A stretch of 64,000 nucleotides of DNA, taken from Podarcis tiliguerta. Its lineage: Eukaryota. Shown piece after piece: positions 38,108 to 49,971 of the stretch. Position numbers and translations under genes: made by a program. Where the stretch lies: assembly GCA_965153285.1 (NCBI GenBank), contig OZ229111.1. The stretch is one strand, 5' to 3'. Position 1 is the stretch's first letter. Every line of letters begins with the position of its first letter. A model generated the notes under the pieces. It made no database searches and had not been told where the DNA came from. It saw only the letters and a program-made list of their open reading frames with translations.

Positions 38108-39626
38108 AAGGAAAACAGTATCCTTTCAATCAGAATGCACAAATGTCAACATGAGAGGTTAATGTGAGTTATTAACACACTATTAGCAAAATATTCTCCT
38201 GAAAATCAAGCCATAAGTGTCAACACATAAAACTAGAACAATTAAGTAATTTATGCAATAAAAGGCACAGGGAAATGACTACTAACAAAATGCCTGCCAC
38301 TATGATGCAAAGAAGGTTGGGACAGAAAGAGGGGCTCATATTGCAAAATGTCAAAGGAGGGTGCACGAAATCACCATGCTTTGTGCTCAGAGACTCATTT
38401 TGCTCTGCTGTGGTTTCTCCCTCAGTTGAAAGCTGGGCTGCTGAATGTCAAGGTCACATTTTCCTCCCACCATATAGTGTCACCAAGGTAAAACTTTACT
38501 TTGGAAAGATATTAAAGTAACAGTGTGTGCACAAGGACAATAATTAGGAAGGGGTGAAAATTATCTTTAGTGACTCCAATTTCTTGGGCTATGGGAACAG
38601 GTTTTGTTGTTCAAAGTCTTGCTAACTGTAGGTTGGTTACTTTGTCCCACCGAATTTAATGGGAGCCCCTGAGAATTGAGCCTATTCCTAGCAACATCTC
38701 TCTGGAATCAGTTTCTTGGGCTCTTTTCTAAAGAATTAAAGGATATGGTTGAAATGCAAGGATCACTGTTGTTGGCAGGATTAGGGTCATGTATTCTGCA
38801 TTAGCCAAAAGCTAATCATCACAATTATAACAAATAAAGGCTTGACATATTTTGCTTTGCATGTCATGAGTCTATCTCGTATATTAGTTTCACCTTTTAA
38901 GCTGAATTACTGAAATAAATGAACTTTTCCACAATATTCTAATTTTTCGAGTTTCACCTGTAGCTCTTCTGTCTACCTCCATTTTCAGAGCCTGCCACTT
39001 CTCCTCTCCAGGAAAAACTGTACCCAGAGGCAATCCCCAAATCTTTATTAGGGGAATTCCCATTGTTGTTGTTTTTCCAACATGCCACATAAAAAGTATT
39101 GGGGTGTGGAACACTGATGGAGCTACACACATTCAGCTTTAATGGTGGAGAGACCGACTACAATTCCAGGAGAAAGAAATAAGCCAGTGAAAATTAGTAC
39201 CGGGACAGTGTCAGATAGAAATGAACTGAACTGTAATCAGAGGGCTGGTCTGAATGAAAGCCAAGATTAGCTGTTTTTTAAAACCTCCCTCCCTCTGTGA
39301 TAAAAAGCCATTTGAAATCAATACTTCTGTATTTTAAATAACACAGATTCTATGGCTACACTTGAAAAGATTTCTTTCCTTACAGATTGACCTACACACT
39401 TGGTAGCAATCATGTATCTGAAGTTGTTGACTGTTACATATCTTCCGCAAATCAAAGGCACCATCCTGACTTTGGAGCAGAAAAATGGTATCTGGAGGTT
39501 CCTGGACCTGATTGCCCCTGCAAAAGAATATAGTTCAACTCTTCATTTTTAACATATCACTTCATCTTGGGTCATCCAGAGTCAACTACCACATAAAAAA
39601 CCCGCTCAGCTTTTTTGGGTGGGTGG

Positions 39627-40782
39627 TGTTGCAGCAAGGATCCAAGCACCTGCAGTGATCTGGCAGTGGGGGTGGGGATTGACGCCCTCTCCATCACCTT
39701 CTGGGCTGTGTCGCCGGTGCTGAGCAGGGCCCTGCCCATAGGTGGCCCTGCTGACCAATCAGCACCAGCAGGGGCCATGGCTGCAGGAAACTTAAACCAC
39801 GGCACGGCCAGGGATCCCTCCTCTTGGGCCCTTCGCCTGATCTCCCAACCCACTTGCCCTCTCTTTTTATGCTTTGCAGCAGGTGGCGCTGTGGGTAAAA
39901 CCTCAGCGTCTAGGACTTGCCGATCGCATGGTCGGCGGTTCGAATCCCCGCGGCGGGGTGAGCTCCCGTCGTTCGGTCCCAGCTCCTGCCCACCTAGCAG
40001 TTCGAAAGCACCCTTAAGTGCAAGTAGATAAATAGGTACCGCTTTATAGCGGGAAGGTAAACGGCGTTTCCGTGTGCTGCTCTGGTGCCGGTTTGCCAGA
40101 GCAGCTTCGTCACGCTGGCCACGTGACCCGGAAGTGTCTGCGGACAGCGCTGGCTCCCGGCCTCTAGAGTGAGATGAGCGCACAACCCTAGAGTCTGTCA
40201 AGACTGGCCCGTACGGGCAGGGGTACCTTTACCTTTACCTTTATAACATGACCTTGCTATGGACAAATGTCGGCTGCCATATTGTTGGGGTCGTGTAGGA
40301 ATTTTTTCCACTTGGCAAATTGGCACCAACCACTTGGTTTTCACCTACCTTGTAGCAATCGTCACAACTTTGTGAGGTTAGGCAGTGGGTAAGCCTTTGT
40401 TTGGACTGAGGGGTGGTTGTAGACTCCGCCTGCCCCTCCTCCTTAAGGGTATCCTGTTAAAGGGATCTGGGGGGCGTGGATTCTGTCGGATGCCCAGGTG
40501 TGGGCTAGGGCCATGCCACGACCCCAACAGGGACGCCTCGGGGTCCCCCTATTTGATGTAAGCCATAGTGCTCCCCCTTTTGGTGATTTATACTAAGATG
40601 GACTTCCTGCAGATGGGCAGGAGTCGAGATATAGCCTGGCTTCACTCAATGCCTAAACCAAACCACTCACCTCTGTAACCAATAAAGTTCTGGCCTATTT
40701 GAACCCATAAACCTAAATATTCATGTTGATGTGTTTATTATCCACTAGGGAACTGTGGGTCATGGGGCCTTGGCACACAACA
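39627..40782 (+). mobile_element. Probable solo LTR (Gypsy-like termini) interrupted by a Sauria SINE
   Basis: TGTTG...CAACA termini, CCAAT ~39755, TATA-like acttaaa ~39790, AATAAA at 40681. About 790 bp without the SINE. No TSD found. Confidence 0.6.
39879..40243 (+). mobile_element. Sauria SINE, young
   Basis: ggtggcgctgtgggtaaaacc...ggttcgaatcc...ggggtacctttacctttaccttta; about 95% identical by eye to the 23446 copy. Confidence 0.93.
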
Positions 40783-40807
40783 TCTAATAGATCACATGAA
40801 ACCTGCC

Positions 40808-40995
40808 TGTAGCTCAGTGGTAAAGCATGTGCTTATGCAGTTAGTCCTATGTACAGTCTCTGAGGTTGAGTATCTCTAGTTAAAAGGTAACACATCAGAA
40901 CTAGAAAAGCTTACTATCAGAGCCCTTGGGAGAGCAGCTGCTAATCAGTAAATTGTATGGACCAAAGTATATAGGGCAGCTAGTTATAATCATGT
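40808..40995 (+). mobile_element. Squam3-like tRNA SINE, degraded
   Basis: A box gtagctcagtggtaaagcatg ... tail agggcagcta. Confidence 0.6.
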
Positions 40996-42137
40996 TAGGT
41001 TTTTTTCTTTTTGAGAATGTAGTTACAAGGTAGCTAGCACATGTTAACAATAAAAAAAAAAAAACTGCAATCTTATAGCAGATTTCCACTGGGACTTGAT
41101 TTATTATTACTGTTATTGCTAATTCTGACCTATTATATTTATTAAAATAAGCGGAGCATCACATCCCTTTAAGGGCCTACATATATTGTGACTTTGTTGA
41201 AGGCAGAGCTATGAAAAAAAGAAAAGAAAAGAAAAAAGAAAAAAATGCAGACTACTGACAAAGAGATAGATGCCTCCAAGAGGTTATAGGGAAGGGAAAG
41301 AAAGGATCCATTCCAAAACAGGTGAAACAATATCAAACACAGACCAAAAGTGTATTAAATAGAAAGTCTGAGTTATATTTTTTTTAGGCAGAGCCGACAC
41401 ATCTCATAACTGTTGATTTTTTAAATGACAAACCAAACAAGAAATGTCCCTGCTGCTCTGTCCCTTGGGCCTCAAACTCAACAGCTAGCAGCATATCAGA
41501 AAACTGAAACATAGATATTTTTGGCAATAAATTCCAGAGGCATGATTTTCAAAGACTTACAATCTACACTGGGTACAGTCAAGTAGCACTCAGGCATCAA
41601 GAATCCACACACCCAACACAAAAAAACCCTCATTTATTTTGTACTGCAGTGGATATGAGAGACTTTAGAAAGAGAGCCTGGTTTCACTAATATCTACAAA
41701 CAAAAGCATCAGTATTTCAGCTGATATCCAAATATTGTTTTCAAAATTCAAACCTATTGTTATTTTTTCTCCCCATCTCCACCCCCAAGCATTTCAACTA
41801 ACCAGCACATTTACACATGATTTACAGTGCAATCCTATTCATGTTTGCAGTGTTCAGTGAATGTTACTTCCAAGTAAGGATGCATATGAATGCAGCCTAA
41901 GTTTTTGATGTATACAAGAGGGGATCAGGAACCTATTCTTAAAATGTCCAAAGGAACAATAGGCAAAAGGGTGAAGGTAAAGGACCCCTGGATGGTTAGG
42001 TTCAGTCAGATTTGACTTTGGGGAACAACAGATTGCAGCCAATATACCTCCTACCTCTCTGCTCTACCAATCCCATTAAATATACTGCTTATGCTATAAA
42101 AATGTTTAAAAATCCAAGCCTTCTTCCCTAGTGTTCA

Positions 42138-42275
42138 GAGGAATAGCTCAGTAGGTAGAACATGAGACTTTTAACTTAGGGTTGTGGGTTTCAGCCCCAT
42201 GTTGGGCAAAAGATTTCTGCCTCGCAGGGGGTTGGACTAGATGACCCTTGTGATCCCTTCCAACTATATGATTTC
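42138..42275 (+). mobile_element. tRNA-Lys-derived SINE with CR1 3' tail
   Basis: Head tagctcagtaggtagaacatgagacttttaacttagggttgtgggtttcagccccatgttgggc resembles tRNA-Lys; followed by the CR1 tail ggggttggactagatgaccc...cccttccaactatatgatt. Confidence 0.85.
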
Positions 42276-43139
42276 TTAATGTGTTGTGTGTGTTCTGGCT
42301 TAATTTGGTGGGTGTAAGAAGCACCCATGTTGTTTTGCAGGGATTAAGAAAAAGCTGCATCCTGCTTTAATCTATGCTTCTCCTAGTTCTTTTAGAAACA
42401 CAGGCATGCTCTCTGGATTACCACCTGGCAGTCCTACAAACATCAAGATGAGGAAAGTAGGTGTCTGTATAGAACGCCCTAACTTAGTTACAAAGCTGTA
42501 CTTTGAAGAAAATAGTGGATTGTGCTTAATTTAAAGCAGGAAGGAACCTATGTAACCCAAATAAGATCCTTCAAACATCTGAGCACACCAGGAGGAGACG
42601 TGGAAGAGAATCAAAATGGTATTGTCCCAGCTCCTAGGCATATTCTCTTTTCAGACCATAATATTGTGTGAAAAAAGGAGCAGGTCCTTTACATGTTATC
42701 CACTTACATCTTTGAAGGCAGGTTGCACTTTGCAATGATAGCCAATGCATCAACTGAAGTATTGGTAAGCCTTGTTTCCAACTGTATTTGCTGTTTCTCT
42801 TGTTCGTATGCTTCATTTTGCAACACCTCTTGTTAAGTTGTCATGGGGGTTTTTTTGGGGGGGGGGTTGCAAGTACATCAAGGTTTAATATTTCATATAA
42901 TAGGCATGGTTTTTTTTAAATCAGAGACATAATCATTGTAACTAGCCAAATTTTGAATTATAGAATGTGGTATAATGACCTAGTCATTTTCCTTCATCTA
43001 GGAAGTTCTCTTGTAGGCTCAATGCTTCAGATGAGCTCCTTATATGTTAGAGTGATCTGGGATCATTATCAGGAAGCTTATTGCCTCAGAATATGGCTTA
43101 ATAATAATAATAATAAGGCTTGATAAGTATAAAGAGCAT

Positions 43140-45400
43140 GCTTAGGTTGAGGAGCTAGAAAGGAAAAGGAGGTTGGCTTTTGTGATTGATTCACTGGTTT
43201 AGCTATGCAGTAAAGCTTTCAAATGTTCCACTACTCTTCCGGCTGAAACTATGACTGCTTAATCCAGCTTGCCTGTTTACCACTGATGGATTCGCAACGT
43301 CAATTAGTAAGTTAATAATAAATCAGAATGCAATAGATCTTGCACAAGTTATTGGATTTACAGTGATCCAAACATATCATCCAAGTCACAGTGACCAAGA
43401 TATATCTGCACCTTAGAGATGAAAAAAAGGATACTCAATTAAGGAAGTGATCATTCCTGTAAACGGCAATTGAAAGACTGAATAGGGGAAAGGTGGAAAA
43501 TTAGAAAGCTTAAAGAGGTATGTTGGAATCCTCAGAGTATGACCATATGATAGGATGCATGTTTGGCCTGCAGTTAAATCTCAAGTTCAACCTTCTGCAT
43601 CTCCACATAGGGTTAGAAAGAACCCTATCTCAGAACCTAGAGAAAGCCACTGCCAGTCAGTGATACTAAGCTATATGGACCAGTGGTCTGCCTCAGGATA
43701 AGGGCAGCTTTCTGTGTTCCTAATCAGAAGTTCAGAACATGTAAGATGAATTATGGAGGTTCTGGAGAGAAAATGTAAGTGAGGTGTCAATGTGAAAGCA
43801 AAAGCGTTGAAGGCAATAAGATAGAAGTATAAAAAAGTAAAAACTGTGTGTTGCATAAACAAAAAGATTGCACAGAAGGGAAGAGTCCCAGTGCTGTCCT
43901 CTGATTTCTTTGTCTGGGATTTAATAAAAAGAAGATGAAAGGGAGAGGCTATTGAGACAGCAGCTGTAGAGGTATTATTGAAAAGGTGGCGTCCCATTTT
44001 TATTCAAATTCAAATGATGTGGGGCTCAAGATGTTGAACAGGTTGTGGACACCAATATTAAGGGTGGGTTTTTTTGTTTGTTTCTTATGATGATACATTC
44101 TGAAAACAGCAACCAGAATAAGGATAGTTCTAGCAGGTGAACTTTGGGTGAGAAATGAATGTGAAGCTAGCTGATAAAAAACAGCACTGGCCTAAGAGAG
44201 CAGCAGGAATGAGTAAGGGAATGGGGCTTAACAAAAAAGACAACACAACAAAAGACACTGGCATTGGGCGAGCTTTGATCTATCCCCAGTCCTTTTGAGG
44301 CTCTGGGAAAGAGATTGGCAGATTTTTACTTCTACTCTTAATGGAAATTTGATGGAAATTGATAGGACTACAGAATCAGCTGAGAAAAATACATATAAAT
44401 CTGTATTGATGACTACAGATACTAGATTGGGACTGGAATTTATGCTATTGCTATTCTAGAGAATGAAGTGTGTAACATTGGACTCAGCTATACAGCTGCA
44501 AATAAAACATTTTAAGTGTGTTTTAAGTGCAATATGCTATGTGACACTAGATGGTGATGGTGGGCCTTATGGAAAATTCAATGTATGTTTAAAAATGCTT
44601 TAAAAATGCATATTCAGAATGGTTTTTATGTGTGTGTAGATTCCACCATTGTGTGCTAGGGAATGGTGAATGTTTGTGATTGTTACATTTGGTCCTGCTT
44701 TTGTTTTCATTATTAATAATAAATAAAAAAGGCAAGAGAATGTAGATATCACTGGCATACATATTTTTGGATTCGAAGGAAGCAAAGGCAGCTAAAGAAA
44801 AAGAAGTTTTTGAAAAAATGCATTTCAAAGTGAGAGAGGAAAATTGGGAGAAAGAGAAAGAATGGGGCAATAATGGGAGCCCTGTGCTTGGCTGAAATTT
44901 ATGACCGATCAAGAAGAACAGGCAGTTGGTTGGTTGGTTGGTACTTAACCAAGTGGCAGAGGTGGCTGAGAAGTTAATTCACTGGCATGTAAGTCAGTGC
45001 TGATTGCGAGAAAGAAAGAGACTAAAGTGCAATTACTAAAATACATCGACAGAGCACATCTAGATAGAAAATAGAGGAAACATGCCATAATTTAGTGACA
45101 ATTCTATAATGCAGTAGATCAATAGTGCAGTAAGAGAAGTGGCTGATTTAGAAACAAATTAGAGACAACCTCTGTCGATTTTGCAGGTAATCAATAAATG
45201 GAGTGGCTGGAAAGAGGAGGCAGAGTTTATTAGGCAAGACACTTGGTCAATGAGCTGGTATAACCTGTCAGCAGGGATGCTGCTCTTTGTGTTCCTCCAG
45301 CAACACACAGAAAATAGTTTAAGTATGTTTAATGGATATAGACTAGCTAGCATCAGGCTTTAAGACTGGGCAAATAGAGTAGGCAACTAGAGTAAATAGG
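43140..45400 (+). mobile_element. Heavily decayed endogenous retrovirus, class III (ERV-L/S)-like
   Basis: RT-like AIDLA 43330; integrase-like WQI 44316, YKSVLMTTDTRLGL 44394 and GPAF 44691; env-like Trp-rich/hydrophobic stretch 45181-45300. Interrupted by a SINE and a MITE. Confidence 0.45.
43545..43722 (+). mobile_element. Squam3-like SINE inserted in the ERV remnant
   Basis: gcatctcca...gccactgccagtcagtg...atggaccagtggtctgcctcag...aagggcagctttctgtgttccta. Confidence 0.7.
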
Positions 45401-46744
45401 GACGACTGGACTTGTACAATAGCAATTATTTGTATAATACAAAGAAATTAAGCAAATCAGCATTAAAACTGGCCAAAAATATCTTAATTCTATCTCAATC
45501 CTATGTTCAGTTATGAGAACATTCTTTTATTCTAACTTCAATATATGCTTTTTGCTAGAATTTGGCGTGTTTTGAGTCTAAATGCCATGGAGAACTGTGA
45601 AACGCACAGAAACCTCAACACTGTACACATACATTATTTTGTTTATTAAGTCAATAGTGTATAATCTTGATGCATAGAAATTTGTTGTTGTTTTTTTAAA
45701 GCTGAGATCATCAGTATATCAAATCACAATTCCACTGTGTGGATACAGTAGCACATACCAGTTACGACCTTCTCAACTGCGTTACTGCCTTGTAGCTTTC
45801 TCCTGTGTTTCTGCCAATGCACACACTCTAGGAGACAGTCTGCACAACCCAGCACACACTTCAGATAGGAAAGGCACAAGCCACTTGTGTCTCACATCTG
45901 CTCTTGGATAGGAGGTTGAAAGCAAACAGCTACAAGATGAGTTCAAAAGGTTTCCAAAAGGAAAGATGAAAACATTCTAGACTCAACACAAGTTGTTCCT
46001 CAGGACCAACAGTTAGAAAGAAATCCTCTTTGATATTTCACCCCTGACTTGTGGAGGAGAGGGACTGTTGCACACAAGCTCCTATTCCCCATGCCCCCAA
46101 CTAATTAACGATCCCTGTTACTCTGGTGCCTTTTGCCCAGATCTCTTTCTCCATCTGGTTTAAAGGGCAACTAACAAGAAACACAAGCACACACAGTCTG
46201 GCTTGCTGCCCCACAGCTGGTGCCCTAAAATGCTTGGCACAAGATCATTTTATTTCATAAAGGGCAAGAAAGTCCCAATGGCAAACCAGCTCTCCTCTGC
46301 TTATTTATGCCACCTGTTGTCTACGTAGTCTCAAGTCCTTTTTGCCGCTGCCAAGGCTGTAAGCTCTTTGGGCACAATAATCCTTGTGATTGCATTCCCT
46401 CTTCCCAGAAGTTATGTAGAGTCTTTGAAGTTGGGGCAGGCGGAAGAGTTTATTTGCTCAATCTGCTTTAGAAATAACTGTTTGAGCATTTATAGTGCTC
46501 AGCTACCCAACAGTGCCATTCTGGTTATTGGACTAAACTGCTGGGAATAACCAAAGTGAGATAGAAAGCAGGGTGCCCTCATGCCAGAGGAACAGACTTT
46601 GAAGCTTAAGGGCAGAATGAAGCCATATAGAAGATATATGGATATATGAATAGGGGCCTCCTTGCTTTTCTTTTTCTAAAGTGTCCTAACCATGTCTACT
46701 CAAAAGTAATTCCCACTGAGTTAAAAGAGGCTTACTCCCAGGAA

Positions 46745-46997
46745 GTGAAGCTGAGGCTTCAATACTTTGGCCACCTCATGAGAAAAGAAGACTCCCTGGA
46801 AAAAACCCTGATGTTGGGAAAGATTGAGGGCACAAGGAGAAGGGGACGACAGAGGACGAGGTGGTTGGACAGTGTTCTCGAAGCTACAAACATGAGTCTG
46901 ACCAAACTGCAGGAGGCAGTGGAAGACAGGAGTGCCTGGCGTGCTCTGGTCCATGGGGTCACAAAGAGTTGGACACAACTAAACAACAACAACAACA
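46745..46997 (+). mobile_element. RTE-BovB LINE, 5'-truncated, with (CAA)n tail and TSD
   Basis: Encodes LRLQYFGHLMRKEDSLEKTLMLGKIEGTRRRGRQRTRWLD (BovB C-terminus). TSD actcccaggaa at 46734-46744 and 46998-47008. Inserted in an older ~100-bp palindromic element. Confidence 0.93.
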
Positions 46998-47239
46998 ACT
47001 CCCAGGAAAATGGGGCTAGGATTACAGCCTTAATCTGCTTCCTACTGTGAATTTAAAAAACCAATGGAATGCATCCTTCATTATCTTTTCACGTGGAAAT
47101 ATCTCTTTTGTTACATGTACATTTTATCCATGCTCCTCAGTCCAAGCCTCTGTCAAAGTGGGGATTTGCATCCATCCCCCTAAACCTTTGTTTAAAAATC
47201 TTGCCCCACTCCCAGGCAAATCCCAATCTTTAAAACATA

Positions 47240-47809
47240 CCGTATTTTTGTGTGTATTAGATGACGTTTTTTGACTAAAAAATTGTGTCAAAAAACTGGG
47301 GTCCAATACATGGGTAGTGGCATGGGGAGGAGAAGCGGCGTGCCAGCCAGCCAGCCAGCCAGCCGGCTGGCAGGAGCACAACTTCCCCCAATGCTGCAGC
47401 GAGTGGGAAATGATCTAGGGAGTGTTTCCTGCCTGCAGCTGCGTGCGGGGGGGGGAGGGGCAGAGAAGCCATGTGCTGGCTGGCGGGAGTGCAACTTCCC
47501 CCAATGCCGCTGCACTCAGGAAACTCCCTAGATCGTTTCCCGCATGCATCGGGGGAAGCTGCGCTCCAGCCAACTGGCTGGCTGGCTTCCCTTGATCCTG
47601 CTGCACATGGGAAACACTCCCTAGATTGTTTCAGTGTGCAGCGGCATCGGGGGAAGTTGCGTTCCTGCCAACCAGCTGGCAGCATTGGGGGGGTGGGGGG
47701 AGAAACTCAACAACTTTGGGCCATCTCTCCTCATTTTCTTAAAACTGAGTCCTCCAAAAAAGGAGGGTGGTCTTATACATGTGGGTGTCTTATAGACTGA
47801 AAAGTACGG
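47240..47809. mobile_element. Tc1/mariner-superfamily (Tc2/pogo-like) non-autonomous element
   Basis: TA|ccgtattttt ... aaaagtacgg|TA, with internal inverted GC-rich subrepeats. Confidence 0.85.
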
Positions 47810-49930
47810 TAAGTTAGCTGTGGTGTTAGGTTTCAGCAGACACACACTGCTATTTTCTGAATAAAGTATCCATTTATGAAATAAAATATTGCAATATTCA
47901 AAGAATTTATATACCATTACATAGCATTACAACTGGGTGAAAGAATAATTAATATGATCTGGGACATAGAGCAAAATGTCAACAGGGTGCTAAACTATTC
48001 CTCTCAGATGCCTACATGAGGGAAATGAGACAGAATAAAAAATTCATACTGAACTGAAATCACGCTAGTGAGATAGGTTGCAGTCCTAACCTAGAGTTTC
48101 ATCTGTTTTCCACAAGAAGTGCCATCCCCTTAATACAGGGGTTTATATTTATGTTGAGGGTAGTTGTGTCCAGCAGTGCATATTAGCAGTGGGTGGAGCC
48201 AAAGCCCAAAGTGGGTGTAGCCAGCCCTTCTCTGCCTCTCTCTCTCTCCCTCTCTCTGCTTGGCTTCTGTGCTGGGCAGTGGGGGGGGGGGGGAGGAGCT
48301 TCTCTTTCCCCCCAACCAGCACATGATTGTAGTGGGCAGCCAGAGAAGGGGCAGAGCACTCTGTCCTGCCTCCAACAGCTTGCCTGGCTTCCATGCTGGA
48401 CTGGGAGAAAGAGGCTGACAAAAAAGCAAACACAAGATTCCATAGCCATTTAGACCTCGACATCAAGTCTCAAGGAACCCTTTTATTTTAGTTTCCAATC
48501 CCCATGACTGAGCTCAAATGTGTCCAGGTTGCCAAGTGCTAGTTCTCCTGGGGGCTGCTGATGGGGGGGAGGTTCTCACCTCTTCCATCTCACTCCCCGA
48601 CATGCCTCCCCCACAACTCCTGCTCAGCTGCTGCTCTGTCTTCCTCCGAGAAGGCCTTCTTAATTGCTAGTAAAAGGGACTTGCTCTAATTAAAATTTAA
48701 TTTACAGCTCAACCTGAATTCATTAAAATACAAGTTGAATCCTGTCAAAATTATTAAAACAATATATATCGAGGGAGGATTTTTTCATTCAGCACAATGC
48801 CCCCGTGGTGTTTTGTTGGGAAACAGAAGGCAAGCAGGGGCACTGAGGGAAATGATTTTGTTGGGCTCAGCTGCACAGAAGGGGAAAAAAATCAAATGCC
48901 ACCATATAAATGTTTCATAAGTCATCACTCTTGGGGTGCTCACACTGGTTTAATTCACTATAAAATCTGGCTTGGTGAGTATCCCACCATCAGCCTCTGT
49001 GAGATGGAGTAGACTGTGGCTTTTAAGACTCACCCATTCAAGAATTTACTGAGATCTCTTTTTCTGTCTGACCTCAAAGGGTCAGTCTCAGTGGTGGACA
49101 GGTTGAAAAACCAGTGAACTGCAGTGAGAGACAAGATTAAGTGAGGATATGTGTAAATGAAAAAAAAACACACCAAAGGTTCAGCCGTCTGGATGGCAAC
49201 TAGCCTGGAAACAATTTCAGAAACTGCAGCTTTGTGGTGGCGGCAAGTGGGCTAAATGGATGCAAGAGCGGAGGAATATCATTTTGTCCATTATATATGT
49301 TCAATGAAATCTGAATGAGAGGATTGAGAATTTGAGTTTCCACAGGTTTTCAAACTTTCTACCTTTTACACATTACCAGTCTGACATTGAACCTCTGAGT
49401 GTCAGTCATGAAACTCCACTATATTCCCCAGGGTTCTGGAATAGTGCGATCATGCAGCACTATTTGGCCTTGCCATCATCCTGCAGAACACAACACTTTG
49501 TGGCTGTGCATTGCTGAAGGAAGATTGGTAGTGATGGCCCAGGTGTCTTACAGGGAAGCTTGTTGACCGTACTGATCTTCTTATTAAGAAATCAGAATAG
49601 GGCTTTATAAAAATCCAGGAACAGTATTTAAAAACCACAATGTATCTGAGATTGTCACATAACCGATATGCATTTGTGTGAGTTTCCGTGCCCAATTCAT
49701 TTACCCTGCAAAGCTTTCTAATGGAAGGCTGCTATCTGTAGTCACAGCTGCAGTATGGCTTCAGGGTGGTTGTTTATATGTTATCTTGTCACCAAGGGGA
49801 TTAAAGTGTCAAGCAGTAGGGCATTTTACCTTCCTCTCTTACAGCCAGAAGAATTACAGTGTACATTACACCACATATGAAATGCACTATAAGTAAAAAA
49901 AACTATGGGGATCAATTCCTACCATGACAA

Positions 49931-49931
<1 letters not shown>

Positions 49932-49969
<38 letters not shown>
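49932..49969. repeat. (ATT)n microsatellite, tail of a minus-strand LINE
   Basis: About 12 ATT units. Confidence 0.9.

Positions 49970-49971
<2 letters not shown>

Noticed and set aside
39572-40201. Longest ORF in the track (209 aa)
   Set aside because: Runs antisense through a Sauria SINE and LTR; the same peptide appears at the 23561 SINE copy.
42138-42208. Functional tRNA-Lys gene
   Set aside because: Acceptor stem and T-loop are broken and it is fused to a CR1 tail, so it is a SINE.
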